Made by a program: the position numbers and the translations under genes
Source: the human T2T-CHM13v2.0 reference genome, Homo sapiens
Length of the DNA: 64,000 nucleotides
Direction of reading: 5' to 3'
NCBI GenBank assembly: GCA_009914755.4
Contig: CP068257.2
Coordinates: 15,296,001-15,360,000, forward strand
The notes under the pieces: generated by a model
The model's database searches: none
Told to the model about the DNA's origin: nothing
The model's input: the letters and a program-made list of their open reading frames with translations, nothing else
Shown: in pieces, positions 1 to 14,954 of the stretch
How positions within the stretch are numbered: position 1 is the stretch's first letter
How the letters are laid out: every line of letters begins with the position of its first letter

Positions 1-227
1 GCCACTCAATGCCATTTAACTGGAGAATTTAGTCCATTTGAATTCAGTATTATTATTGATAAGTAAGAACTTACTATTGACATTTTGTTGCTTATTTTCC
101 TGTTGTTTTGTTACTCTTCTGTTTCTTTTTTCCTTTCCTACTACCTTCTTATGTGATAAGTAATATTCTCTGGTAGTAAGATTTTATTTGTTGCCTTTTT
201 ATTTCTAGTGTGTCTTTTATAGTTTTG

Positions 228-246
228 TATGTGTGTGTGTGTGTGG
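228..246. repeat. (TG)n microsatellite of about 9 units
   Basis: Direct read of 'gtatgtgtgtgtgtgtgtgg'. Confidence 0.9.
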
Positions 247-1535
247 TTTCCATAAGGCCTACAAAGAATATCTTAAAGATTAACAAATTAGTTTAAATCT
301 ATGACAAATTATCTTAGACCACAAATAATAGAAACAAAGAACAAGTGAAAAAAAACTGTATGCATTAACTTCATCTCTGTCCCTCAACATTTTGACTTCA
401 TGTTGTCTCAATTTACATGTTTCTATATCAGATATCTCTTAATAGGTTGTTATAGCTATAATTGTTTTTTCATAGATATGTCTTTTGGGCTTCATACTAG
501 TTATGAGTGGGTTGTACACCATAATTATAATTAGTAGAGTATTCTGGGTTTGTCAATGTACTTAAGTTTACCAGGGGTTTTATACCTTCAAATTTTTTTT
601 TTTTTTTGCACATTACTGTTTTGTTTTGTTTTTTCTTCAGATTGAAGAACTCCCTCTAGCATTTCTCATAAGACATGTTGGTAGTGGTAAAGTCTCTCGG
701 CTTTTGTTTATCTGAGTAAAACTTTATTTCTCCATATTTGATATAAAAATTTGCTGCATATAATATTCTTGCATGGCAGGTTTTTTTCTTTAAGCACTAT
801 GATAATGTCATCCCACTTCCTACTGGCTCATATGGTTTCTGTTGAGAAGTCTGTTGCCAGATAAATTGGAACTCCTTCATATGTTATTTGCTTATTTTTT
901 TCTTGCTGCTTTTAGGATAATTTCTTTGCCTTGACATTTGAGAGTTCAATTATTATATACCTTGGGGTAGTCTTTTTTGTCCATGTCTGTTTGGTGTTCT
1001 CTGAGCTTCCTGTACTTGGATATTTAGGTCTTTCTCAAGTATTGGAAACTTTTCTATTATTTCTTTGAATATGCTTTCTATCCATTATTCTGGCTTAATT
1101 TCCTTTTGAACACCAATAATTCTTAGAGTTGGTATCTTAAGGTAATGTTCTATGTCTTTAGGTGATCTTCATTTCTTTTCATTCATATTTCTTTTTTCTT
1201 CTTCATGTATTTTCAATTAGCCTGTTTTTCAGCTCACTGATTCTTTCCTCTGCTTGTTCCATTGTGCTGTTGAGGGCCTCTAGTGAGATTTTCAGTTTAG
1301 CAAATGTATTTCTCACTTCTAAGATGTATGTTTGATTTTTAAAAATTACAATCTATATTAAATTTCTCTGATAAATTTCTAAGTTGCTTTTCTGTGCTAT
1401 CTTGGAGATCACTGTGTTTCCTTAAATCTGCTTTTTTGAATGCTTGTTCAGAGAGTTCACGCATCACAGCCACTAGGGTCAGTCACTGGTTTCTTGCTTT
1501 GTCCATTGGGAAGATCATGATTCCCTCTTTGCTGA

Positions 1536-1556
1536 TGTGTGTGTGTGTGTGTGTGT
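1536..1556. repeat. (TG)n microsatellite of about 10 units inside the antisense L1
   Basis: Direct read of 'tgtgtgtgtgtgtgtgtgtgt'. It generates the 'MCVCVCV' peptides in the ORF track. Confidence 0.9.
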
Positions 1557-2785
1557 ACATCACCGTTTTTGCACTAAAGGATTAGTTGTTGAATCCAGTC
1601 TTCTCTGTCGGCTTATTTTGGTTTTTATTGGACATGTTTCCTTAGATGTTTTTATAATTAGCTGCTGGTTTGCTTTCTCATCTTTTTTTTTCCTGCTGGG
1701 TTGCTGCCTCCTTTTTAGCACTAGGTGGCACCTTAAGCCCAGGTTGGCCTCAACTCTAGTAAACAGTCGGAGGGCTGCTCATCTTAAGTGGGAGGGGTTC
1801 CAAAGGGAATGTCCCAATAGTGTGGGAATGCTGGTTAGGAGTTTGTGCCCTAGGAACCTGCAGAACATACCTCCTATAGTATAGTGCCGCTGAACAGCCA
1901 TTCTGATTTGGTGTCAACTTTGGCCAAGTTACCTATCAGAGTTTCCAGGGTTGAGGATGATAGTCTTATCACCCCACCTTGTCTCTGGCTGTCTTCGGAG
2001 ATATTTCTCCCTTTAGGCACTTGCAATGCTTCCTGTAGATTGATACTGGAATAGACTTCCTTTCAGGGATCCCAAGGTGATGGGGAAGCTGGCTGTTAGC
2101 CTTGATTTCACCTTTTTCTGTGTATAAATTGTGAACAAGGGGAAATTTCTATGCACTTGGTTACAGTCAGATTGAAGGGAGAGGCATCAAGGATATAGAA
2201 TTCCAATTCTCTTTCCATCTGCTCAGAGTTTTTTCACTTCTCTTTGGCTCTGGGAACTGTGTCTTCCTCATATTTTAGTTCCAAGACATTGGCAGTGATA
2301 ATCTCAGTGCTGCATATTTGTTTTTGGTTTTCTATGGTGGGTAGGTTAAGTCAGCTTTCTTCTACACTGCTATTTTGGAACCAGAAATCCTATACATTGG
2401 TAAAAATAAAGTAGGAAAGAATAGAAAGCACTAGACCAACTCTTCATGAAATTTATGTGTGAATTAAAGGAAATATGTTTATACTTATTAGAATGTACCC
2501 AAAAATTGTTGCGATCATAAATATACACATTATAGATTGATGTTAGATAGATGGATAGATATACAACATATAGAAGAATTAAGTCTGATTGCTTCCAAAT
2601 GGAAGGAAACCTCTAGGAGAGTAAGATTGAAGAGCAGAAGCAAGAAAGTGAATTTATGAAAGAACAAGTTCCCCAAATAAGCAAAAAATAAAAACAAACC
2701 AAATTATGTATATAATTGGGAGAAAAACCAGGAAAGGAAAAAATAGAATATCTTCCTTGAAGAAATATTTTTAAGAAAAGGAAAA

Positions 2786-3163
<378 letters not shown>

Positions 3164-3165
3164 CT

Positions 3166-3190
3166 AAAAAAAAAAAAAAAAAAAAAAAAA
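3166..3190. repeat. Poly(A) tract of about 25 nt
   Basis: Direct read. Confidence 0.9.
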
Positions 3191-3864
3191 GGAAATAAAG
3201 GGTCATCCATGGTAACCAAAAGCAGAAGAATAGAAGTTAAGTATTTACCAAGTCTGGAAATGTGTTTTATAGCGAATATAAAAGTGTAAATTCACAATGA
3301 CTAGAAGCCTTATTGAGCAAGAATGAAGAGGTTGACTAAAATTAAACAGAAGGACATGCTAGTGAACATATTCCACCCATGGTTAATTGTTACTATCAAG
3401 CCTTAGCAGAAAGCAAAATTGGAAAAAAAGAAAAAAATAAATTCACCTACTATGTAAAGTAGATGAATTTATGTTAGGAAGAAAAATCTTAAGGACATTA
3501 AGAAAACAAATATTATTATCATCTTACAATTACATAAATTTAAAACCTAGCTTTTACAAAGTTTGAGGTTTTTATTTTACCTTTGGAAAATAAAGTTCAG
3601 AAATTGTAGAGTGATATTGAAAAAAATTTAACTGTTTAGAAATGCAAGTACTATCAACATCACTGTCTACTGTGTTCAAAGATAAGTATTAACACTGATA
3701 TTATCCAAAACAGGAATAAAAATAAAAACTATGCTGAATGAGGCCATAAGATTTTCTCCTTTTTCAACAACAAAAGTGATTAACTGCACACGGTTACTGC
3801 TTTTACGTTGTAATGCTATATTCCTCAACAATGGTGTCTTCCAAAATGAGTCTCTTTTTGTTTC

Positions 3865-4050
3865 TGAATGACAATAACCAAGAGTTATGGGCTGAATTGT
3901 GTCACTCCACAGTTCATATATTGAAGCCCTCACTCCCAGTACCTCAGAATGTGTCTCTAACTGGAGATAGAGCCTTTAAACAGGTAATTATGTTAAAATG
4001 AGGCCATTAGGGTGAATCCTTATCTAATATGACTTGTGACTTTATAGAAA
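3865..4050 (-). mobile_element. 3'-terminal half of an old MaLR LTR (MLT1-like; family name from memory), split by the L1 insertion
   Basis: 'cccagtacctcagaatgtgtctctaactggagatagagcctttaaacaggtaattatgttaaaatgaggccattagggtgaatcc' is the reverse complement of the LTR 3' region. The other half resumes at 12125. Confidence 0.5.
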
Positions 4051-4864
4051 CAATGAATTCCGGAAAGGAGATGGAGCAAGATGGCCTAATAGAAGCCTTC
4101 ACTGATTGTCTACCCTGCAGGAACACCAAATTAAACAACTATCCACACAAGAAAGCACCCTCAGAACAACCAAAAATCAGGTGAGTGATCACAGTACCTG
4201 ACTTAAACTTCTTGTTACTGAAAGAAGCATGGAAGAGGGGTAAGACAGTCTTGAATTGCCAACACTACCACTCCCACAGCCTCTAGTGGTGGCCACATGG
4301 CACAGAAAGAAAATCTGTTTTCCTGGGGGAGGAAGAGTGCAGAGACCGTGGGACTTTGCATTGGAACTCACTGCTGTCCTCTTACCCCAGAAAGCAATAC
4401 CAGGCACAACGCAGCCAGTGCCTATGGAGGGAGCATTTAGACCTGCCCTAGCCAGTGGGGAATTGTCCATCCCAGATGTCAGAAGACGAATTCAGGCAAG
4501 CCCCACCACCTCACGACAAAGTGTTCTATGGTCCTAAATAAAATTGAATGGTAGTCTAGGCCACAAGAACTGCAAATACTGGGCAAGTCCTGGTGCTATG
4601 CTGGGCACAGAGCCAGTGGACTTGAGAAGCACATGACCTAATGGAACACCAGCCAGAGTGGCTGAGAGAATGCTTACATCACTCCACCCCAGCCACAGGT
4701 AGTATAACTTGCAGCTCCAGAAGACACTCCTTCCCTCCACTTGAGAAGAAAGAGAATAAGGCGGACTTCATCTTGCAACTTGGATACCATCTCAGCTACA
4801 GTAGAATAGGACACTGGGCAGAGTCCTGAGGCCCCTATTCCAGACCCTAGCTCCCAGATGACAT

Positions 4865-5700
4865 TTCTAGGCACCTTGGGCCAAAAGGTAAACCACTGCC
4901 TTGAAGGGAAGGACCCAGTTCTGGCAGGATTTACAACCTGCTGACTAAAGAGCCCTTGGGCACTGAATAATCAGCAGTGGAACCCAGGTATTTGCTATGG
5001 TCCTTGGTCCTTGGGTGAGACTCAGAGAGCTGCTAACTTCAGGTGTGACCCAGCACATTCCCAGCTGTGGTGGCTCTGGGAAGAGACTCCTTCTGCTTGA
5101 GTAAAGGAGAGGGGAGAGTAAAGGGAATTCTGTCTTGAAGCTTAAGTATGGTTTGGCTACAAGGAAGTAGAGCACCAAGCAGGCTCTTGGGATATTTGAT
5201 TGCAGGCCTTGGCTCTTAGATGGCATTTCTAGACCTGCCTGGGGCCAAAGGGGAGCCTGGTGTCCTGAAGGGAGAGTCCCAGTCCTGGAAGCATTCACCA
5301 AAGCTGACAGAAGAGCCCTTGGGCCTTGAGTGAACATTACCAGTAGCCAAGCAGTACTTGTCCATGGCCCTGGGGCAGTGGTGGCCATGGTGAGAGACTC
5401 CTCTGCTTGCAGAAAGGAGAGAAAGAGTGGACAGGACATTGACTCATGACCTGGGTGCCAGCTCAGCCACAGAATAGAGCACTAAGTGGATCCCTAAGAT
5501 TTCCAACTCCCAGATACTGGCTCCCAGATAGCTTCTTTAGACCCACCTGGAACTGGGGGTAACTCGCCACCTTGAAGGGAAGCCCACAAGCCTGATTGGC
5601 TTTGCCACCTGCAGATTGCAGAACCCTCGGGCCTTGACTAAACATAACCAGTAGCCAGGGAGTGGTTCCTGTAGGCTGTGAGCAAGACCCATTATTGTGC
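4865..5700 (+). repeat. Three tandem subunits of roughly 330 bp within the L1 5'UTR, typical of older L1 5'UTRs
   Basis: The motif '...ctggaagcattcaccaaagctgacagaagagcccttgggccttgag...' recurs at about 4865, 5228 and 5532. Confidence 0.7.
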
Positions 5701-8700
5701 TAGCTTCAGTTCTCCCACAATGCAGTCCTAGTGGTGGTGGCCACAGGTGTGCTGGTTCCACCTTTCCATCAGCTCCAGGCAGCTCATCACAGAGACAGAG
5801 AGACAACATTTGTTTGGGAGAAAGTAAGGGAAGATAACACGGTTCTGTGCCTGGTAATCCACAGAATTCCTCTAGATATTATCATAGACCATCAATGTTA
5901 TACTTCACAGATGTGGCTGCAGTGACCAAAAATCTAGACAACACCCAAGTCACTTCAAATACCTGGAAACCTTCCCAGGAAAAATGGATACAAACAAGCC
6001 CAGACTGTCAAGACTAAAATAAATATTTAACTCCTACTGCGTAGACAGCAATAACATCCATAAGCAATAAGACCATTTAGGAAAACATGACCTCACAAGA
6101 TGAACTAAATAAGGCACCAGGGACCAATCCTAGACAGAAAGAGATATGTATGTGACCTTTCAAAAAGAGAATTCAAAATAGCTGCTTTGAGGAAACTCAA
6201 CAAAATTCAAGCTAACACAGAGGAGAAATTCAGAATCCTATCAGATAATTTTAACAAACAGATTGAAATAATTAAAAGGAATCGAGCAGAAATTTTGAGG
6301 TTGAAAATGCAATTGACACACTGAAGAATGCATCAGAGTCTCTTAGCAGCAGAATTGATCAAAACAAAAATGAATTAGTGAGCTAGAGACAGGCTATTTG
6401 ACAATACACAGTAAGAAGAGACAAAGGGAAAAAATAATAAAAAATAAGGATGCACACCTACAAGATCTAGAAAATAGCCTCAAAAGGACAAATCTAAGAG
6501 AAATTGGTCTTAAAGAAAAAGTACAGGGAGATGAGGTAGAAAGTTTATTCAGAGGGATAATAACAGAACCTCCCAAACCTACAAAAAGATGTCAATATTC
6601 AGGTACAAGAAAGTTATAGAATACCAAGCAGACTTAACACAAAGAAGACTACCTAATGGAATTTAATAATCAAACTCCCAAACATCAAGAATAAAGAAAG
6701 GATCCTAAAAGCAGGAGGAGAAAAGAAAAAAATAACATACAATGAAGCTTCACTATGTCTGGCAGCAGACTTTTCAGTGGAAACCTTACAGGCCAGAACA
6801 GAGTGGCATGACATATTTAAAGCACCGAAGAAACAAATTTTTGCCCTAGAGTAATATAACCAGTGAAAGTATCATTCAAACATGAAGAAGAAATAAAGAT
6901 GTTAACATGAGGAAGAAATATAAAAAAAAAATCCTTCAAACATGAAGGAGAAATAAAGACTTTCTCAAACAAAAGCTGAGAGATTTCATCAACACCAGAG
7001 ATGATGTACAAGAAATGCTAAAAAAGTTCTTCCACTTGAAAGAAAAGAATGCTGATGAGCAATAAGAAATCATCTGAAGGTACAAAACTCACTGGTAATA
7101 GTAAGTACACAGAAAAACATAGAATATTATAACATTGTAATTGTGATGTATAAACTATGTATTAAGTAGAAAGTCTAAAAGACAAACTTATCAAAAATAA
7201 TAACAGCAACCACATTTCAAGACATAGACAGTAGAATGAGACATAAATAGAAACAATAAAAAGGCAAAAAGCAAGGGAATGAAGTTAAAGTGTAGAGTTA
7301 TTGTTGGTTTTCTCTGTGTTTGTAAGTTTGTTTATGCAATCAGTGTTGTCATCTGTTTAAAATAATGAATTAAATGATATTATTTCACAAGCCTCATGCT
7401 GACCCCAAACAAAAGAACATACAATAGATATACAAAAAATAAAAAGCAAGAAATTAAAACATACCACTAGCAAAAATCATCTTAAATAAAAGGAAGATGG
7501 GAAGGGAGTAAAGAAGAAAAAAAAGACAACAAAACAATCAGAAAATAAAACAAAATGGCAAGAGTAACTTCTTACTTATCAATAATAACATTCAATCTAA
7601 GTGGACTAAACTCTCTAATCAAAAGACTTAGAGTGGCTGAATGGATGAAATAACAAGACCCAGTGATCTGTTTGCTATGAGAAACATACTTCACCTATAA
7701 AGAAACACACAAACTGAAAATAAAGAAATGGAAAAACATATCCCATGCAAACAGATGCCAGAAAAGAACAAGAGTAGCTATACTTACATCAGACAAAATA
7801 GACATCAAATGAAAACTATAAAAAGAGAAAAAGAAGTTAATTACATAGTGATAAAGTGATCAGTTCAGCAAGAGGATATAACAATTGTAAATATATATGC
7901 ACTCAACACTGGAGCACCTAGATGTATAAACCAAATATTATTAGAGCTAAAGAGAGAGATAGACCCCAATACAATAATAGCTGGAGACCTCAACACCTTA
8001 CTTTCAGCATTGGACAAATCATCCAGACAGAAAATCAGAAAATAAATATGGAACATAATCTGCATGATAGACCAAATGGGCCTAATAGATGTTTACAGAA
8101 CATTTCATCCAATGACTGTGGAATACACATTCCTCTTCTCAGCACATGGATCATTCTCAAGGATAGACCATATTTTAGGCAACAAATCTTTAAAAATTCA
8201 AAAAAGTGAAATTACATGAGTATCTTCTCTGATCACAATTTAGTAAAACTGGAAAGTCAATAACAAGAGGAAACTTAGAAACTATACAAACACATGTAAA
8301 TTAAACAATATTCTCCTAAATGACTAGTGGCTCTCTGAAGAAATTAACAAGAAAATTGAAAAATTTCTTGAAACAATAATGAAAACATAACATACCAAAA
8401 TCTAGAGGATACATGCAAGCAGTACTAAGAAGGAAGTTTATAGCTATAAGCACCTATATCAAAAAGGTGCAAACGTTTCAAATAAACTACTTTATGATGT
8501 ATCTTAAAGAACTAGGAAAGCAAGAGTAAACTGAACCTAAAATTAGAAAAGAAAAAAATAATAAAGATCGGAGCAGAAACAAATGAAATTGAAAAAAAGA
8601 AAACAATATAAAAGACCAACAAAGCAAAATTTTTTTAAAAAACTAAAAAAAATTGACAAACCTTTAGCCACACTAAGAAAAAAAAAGAGAAGATCTAAAT

Positions 8701-8997
8701 TTTAAAAATCGGAGATGAAAAAGGAAACATTATAAATTATACCACAGAAATTAAAAGGCTAATAATGAATGGCTGCTATGGCAGCTATATGGCAATAAAC
8801 TGGAAAACCTAGAAGAAATGGATAAATTCCTAGACACACATGACCTACCAAGATTGAACCATGAAGAAATCCCAAATTTGAACAGACCAAAAACAAGTAA
8901 TGAGACAGAATCCATAGTAAAAATACTCCCAGCATAAAAAGCTCAGCACCCAGTGGCTTTGTTGTTGAATTTTACCAAACATTTAAATAACTTATAC

Positions 8998-9388
<391 letters not shown>

Positions 9389-9842
9389 CTACTAGGTCAG
9401 TGTTACCCTGATACCAAAACCAGACAAAGACACATCAAAAAAACAAACAAAAACCTATAGGCCAATATCACTGATGAAAATTGATGCAAAAATCCTCAAC
9501 AAGTAAACTAAATTCAGTAATACATTCAAAAGATCATTCATCTTTTAAGGAGACCAAGTAGGATTTATGCCAGGGATGCAAGGATGGTTCAAAATATGTA
9601 AATCACTCAATGTGAGACATTATATCAAAAGAATAAAGGACAAAAACCATAGAATCATTCCAATTGATGCTGAAAAAGCATTTGATAAAATTCAACATAC
9701 CTTCATGATAAAAATCCTTAAAAAATCTGGGGGTAGAAGGAACACAATAAAAGCCATATATAACAGGCCCATAGGTACAATAATACTGGATGGGAAAAAC
9801 ATGAAAACATTTTCTTTAAGATCTGGACCACGACAAGGATGA

Positions 9843-9938
<96 letters not shown>

Positions 9939-12124
9939 TGAGTACAATCACCTTTGTCTGCAGATGATATAATTTAATAATTGGAAAAGCCTAAAGACTG
10001 CACCAAAAAATGATTAGAACTAAGATATTCTGCAAAGTTGCAGGATACAAAATCAACATACAAAAATAGGTAGCACTTTTATATGTCAAAGGTAAGCAAT
10101 CTGAAAAATAAATCAAGAAAGTAATCCCATTAACAATAGCTACAGATAAAATTAAATATCTAGGAATTAAGTTAATCAAAAAAGGAAAAGGTCTCTATCA
10201 TGAAAATGAAAATACTAATGAAAAAAATCGAAGTGGACACAAAAGTGGAAAGATATTTCATCTTCATAGATTGGAAGAATAAATATTGTTAAATTGTCTA
10301 TATTACCTAAAGCAATCTATAGGTTCAATGCAATTCCCAACAAAACACTAGTAACATTCTTCACAGAAATAGAAAAAAAATCAAAAAATTTATATGGAAC
10401 CACAAAATACCCAGAATAACCAAAACTATCCTGTACAAAAGGAACAAAACTGGATGAAACACACTGCCTGACTTCACATTATACTACAATACTACAGTAA
10501 CCAAAGCAAAATGGTACTGACATAAAAACAGACACATAGACCAATGGAAACAGAATAGACAACACAGAAACAAATTCATACATCTACAGTAAACTCATTT
10601 TTCACAAAGTTGCCAAGAATATACAATGGGGAAAAAATAGCCTCTTCAATAAATGCTGCTGGGATAAATGATTATCTATAATGAGAAGAATCAAATTAGA
10701 CCTCTATCTCTTGCCACATACAAAAATCAAGTGAAAATGGATTATTAAAGACTTGCCAAAACCTCAAACTATAAAACTACTAAAATAAAACTTTGGGAAA
10801 ACTCTTCAGAACATTGCACAGGGCAAAAATTACCGTGCTGCGAGTAGTACCCCGCAAGCACAGGCCTCCGAACCAAAAATGGACAAATGAGATGACATCA
10901 AGCTAAAAAGCTTCCACAGCAAAGGAAACAATCAACAAAGAGAAGTGTCAACCCACAAAATGGGAAAATATATTTGCAAACTATCCATCTGACAAAGGAT
11001 TAATAACCAGAATACATAAGGAGCTCAAACAGCTCTATAGGAAAAAAATCTAATAATCCAATTAAAATATGGGCAAAGGATTTGAATAGACATTTCTTAA
11101 AAGAAGACACACAAAGGGCAAACAGGTATATCAAAAGGTGCTCAACATCATTGGCCATCAGAGTAATGCACATCAAAACTACAATGTGGTATTGTCTCAT
11201 CCCAGTTAAAATGGCTTTTATCCAATAGTCAAGCAATAACAAATTCTGGCAAGAATGTGGAGACAAGGGAACCCTCATACACTGTTAGTGGGAATGTAAA
11301 TTATTACAACCACTATAAAGAACAATTTGGAGGTTGCTCAAAAACTAAAAATACAACTATCATATGATCCAGCAGTCCCACTGTTAAGTACACCCAAAAG
11401 AAAAGAAATCAGTATATTAGAGAGATATCTGCACACCTATGTTTATTGCAGCACTATTCACAATAGCCAAGATTTGGTAGCAACCTAAGTGTCCATCAAC
11501 AGATGCATGGATAAAAAAAATGTGGTAAATATAAACAATGCAGTACTATTCAGCCATAAAAACGAATGACATCCAGTCATTTGCAACAACATCGATGGAA
11601 CTGGAGAGATCATTACATTAAGTGAAATAAGCCAGACACAGAAAGACAAACTTCCCATGTTCTCATTTATTTGTGGGAGTTAAAAATTAAAATAATTGAA
11701 CTCATGGAGACAGAGAGTAGAAGGATGATTACCAGAGGCTGGGAAGGGTAGTTGAAGGATAGGGGGTAATGACAGATAGTCAATGGGTACAAAAATATAG
11801 GATAAAAAAAGATCTAGTATTTAACAATAATTTATTGTAAATTTAAAAATAATTAAATATAACTAGATGGTTTGTAACAGAAAGAATAAATGCTTTAGGT
11901 GATAGATACCCTATTTACCCTGATGTGACTGTTATGCATTGTATGCTTATTTCAAAGTATCCCATGTACCCCATAAATATATGCACCTACTATGGACCCA
12001 CAAAACTTAAATATAAAGTAAAAAAATTAATTAATGAGTGAATTGTATGGCATCTAAATTACGTCTCAATAAAGCTGTTACAAAAATCGGAAAAAAACAA
12101 TAAATTTGAATAAGCAGAAATACC

Positions 12125-12325
12125 AAGAATGAGGAAGCACAGTGAAAAGGCTACCGTTTGCGAGCAAAAAGGCTGCCATCTCCAAGCCAAGGAGAGTTGC
12201 CCCAGAAGAAACTAAACCTGCCAACACCTTGATTTGGACATCTAGCCTCAAGAACTGTGGGAAAATAAATCTATCCTTTTTAAGCCATCCAGTCTGTGGT
12301 ATTTCATTACAGGAGCCTTAGCAAA
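12125..12325 (-). mobile_element. 5'-terminal half of the same MLT1-like MaLR LTR, which resumes after the L1
   Basis: '...ccaacaccttgatttggacatctagcctcaagaactgtgggaaaataaatctatcctttttaagccatccagtctgtggtatttcattacagg' is the reverse complement of the LTR start 'tgtaatgaaataccacagactgg...'. Confidence 0.5.
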
Positions 12326-12725
12326 CTAATATACCCAGTTTTTCTGCTTTGTTTTGTTTTTTACCCTTTAATTGTAATTCACAACGTGGATTTTTTTCTA
12401 ATGTGCCCTTCAGTATTTTACTACCTGCCCCTGCGAGATTTCCTGTCTTTCAAAATCAAGTCTAGCAAAGCTGACCTAGAGCAGGGTAAGTATCTCCATG
12501 CTGAAAGACTGAGCTTTCCTACAACCTCACAATTAAGAATGCTTTCATGCTACTTAAAATTAAAGATGGCTGCTAAAACAAGAACTTGCAGGTAGCCATT
12601 TAGCAACGTTTAAAAGGTAGGCTGGAGTTCATTCAATTTTGTCTTTAGTGCAAGGCCCAAGTGTTTGGCACCTTCCTCATCAGCTTCCAAAGGAAATGTT
12701 AGGCTTTGCTGATTGCTGATTTATT

Positions 12726-13034
<309 letters not shown>

Positions 13035-14559
13035 TTGCTGATTTATTGATGACCATTTTAGGTTTCACAAATACTGCTCTTATCATTGCACAAGATTATG
13101 AACAAATATCTTGTTTTCTCTAGTCAATTCTCATGTTTAACGTTGGCTTGATGTCTTCATCTCCAAATAATCATATTTTTCCCTCTTAATTATAGAGCAA
13201 ATGAACAATGAGATGGTATGACTCAATTAGATTGCTGCATTACTGAATGCAGAAAAACTCTCATGTTCTCCTATCACCTTCGTACCCACTCCACTCCAAC
13301 ATTCATTCACAGTTTATTTGTCCGTAGGTAAATACCAAGAAAGCTAGATTAATTAGAGCTCTTCCCTAGGTAGTTTTTGCAAACTAGACCAAGGAAAGAA
13401 AATATGTCTTGGTTGAAGGAGTTCGAGTTATGACCCTTAACAACTATGAGCAGCCACGTGCCACCAATTTGGAATAATTACTTTTACAGTGAGAGGGAAT
13501 AAAGTGGATATGGGAAATAATAGCATCCAGCTCACAGGGTTGTAAGACTTAAATGGGATTATGTATGTAAAGTACTTACCACCATTCAATAGATGCTGGC
13601 AAAAACAATTAAAACTAAGAAGGGTCTCAGATTTTAGCCTGCTTGTAAGCCAACAAGCAGCCTGCCACTGTTTCATGAATGCTGGCAGAAGACATAAGAC
13701 TCCTCAGCTAGAAAAAAAGGGTGTTATTACTTTTGGCACAGTGGGCAGCAAGAGCTTCAATGTAAACACTGGCCTCTAAGTCTCATGGTCATGACAGAGG
13801 CAGGCACAGGTGGATGCTGTAAGCACAATGAGTGTGTGTCACAGCTGAGAAATCCAATCTTAGGAATCTCCAATTGTTTATAACGGGCTGCCTGAAAACC
13901 TGCTCAACCTTTGCCCTGGAGGAAGGCATTATCTTTATTATACTTGACAACAAACAAACCTGTCATCTGTTCTAGGGGCAAGACCCTGTCTCTGTCTTAC
14001 AAGGCTATTTGCTATACATACATCCTTGAAAAGACAGTCTGGACAAAACTGTGAATGCCTCTGGTTAAAAGAAGTGCAGGTATGAGAGACCCATGGAGAA
14101 TTCTCTTTGAACAATAATTAATAGATATTTAGAATTGAGAGCACTGAGATATTTATTGAGCATTAGTAAATAAAGAAACATGGATTTAGAAGCTAAATTG
14201 CTGGTAATATTATGTAATCTTTGATTTAATAGATGAGAAGCCTTGTCCTGGGTAAGGAAATTAATTTAGCTTTAGCATAGAGAATATGAGTTATCTATAG
14301 CACATACAATGAAAATATTCAATGAGAAACTGGAAATTGATTCAGATGATAGAAAAATATTAAAATCTGGTTATACCAACATTGCAATCATACTTACAAA
14401 AAGGTCAACTAGTACTTTCTTTTCCTCATTATGATGACTTTCAAGCTCAGGGGTCAACAAATCAGCCCATAGGTTAAATTCTGTTCACTACCTGTTTTTG
14501 TATAAAGTTGCATTGAAACACAGCCACACTCCATCCTGATATTTTTGTTTAAATCTTAG

Positions 14560-14750
14560 ATTCAAAGGATACATGTATAGGTTTGTTACATGGATATGTT
14601 GCATAATGCTGAGGTTTGGGCTTCAGTTGAACTCATCACCCAATTAGTGAACACAGTACCCAATAGATAGTTTATCAACCATTGCCCCCTCCCTCCCTTT
14701 CCCCTTAGGCATCCCTAGTGTCTCTCTGTTTCCATCCTTATGGGCACTTA
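14560..14750 (-). mobile_element. L1 3'-end fragment in antisense orientation
   Basis: 'aaggatacatgtataggtttgttacatggatatgttgcataatgctgaggtttgggcttcagttgaactcatcacccaa...' is the antisense of the L1 3'UTR. Confidence 0.7.
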
Positions 14751-14954
14751 GGTAGATGCCATGTCTTTTCTATTGTGAATGGCACAACACACCCTTTCAT
14801 TTATATATTGTCTGTGGCTGCATTCATACTACAATGGTAAAGTTTGATAGTAGCAACAGAAATGACTCACAAAGCCAAAAATATTTACTATCTAATTCTT
14901 TACAGAAAAAGCTGGCTGCCCTCTGTTCTAAACTCTTAAATTTGTGGATCAGCT

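Larger units (their letters stand above)
1..2400 (-). mobile_element. LINE-1 (older primate subfamily), 5' portion in antisense orientation: ORF2 N-terminal region, inter-ORF, ORF1 and 5'UTR. The 3' part lies outside the window.
   Basis: The region is T-rich with the antisense-L1 signature. Positions 1-100 carry the antisense ORF2-start motif 'tagtccatttgaattcag...gataagtaagaacttact', which recurs at 48600-48670. Positions 620-1500 are collinear with antisense inter-ORF and ORF1. The track ORFs at 1394-1884 are broken fragments. Confidence 0.7.

Noticed and set aside
2541-2570. A possible (GATA)n microsatellite
   Set aside because: It has only 2-3 imperfect units ('tagatagatggatagatata'), which is too short to call.
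4945-5439. A 164 aa minus-strand ORF
   Set aside because: It lies wholly inside the tandemly repeated L1 5'UTR. It is chance openness in GC-richer repeat sequence, with no homology signal.
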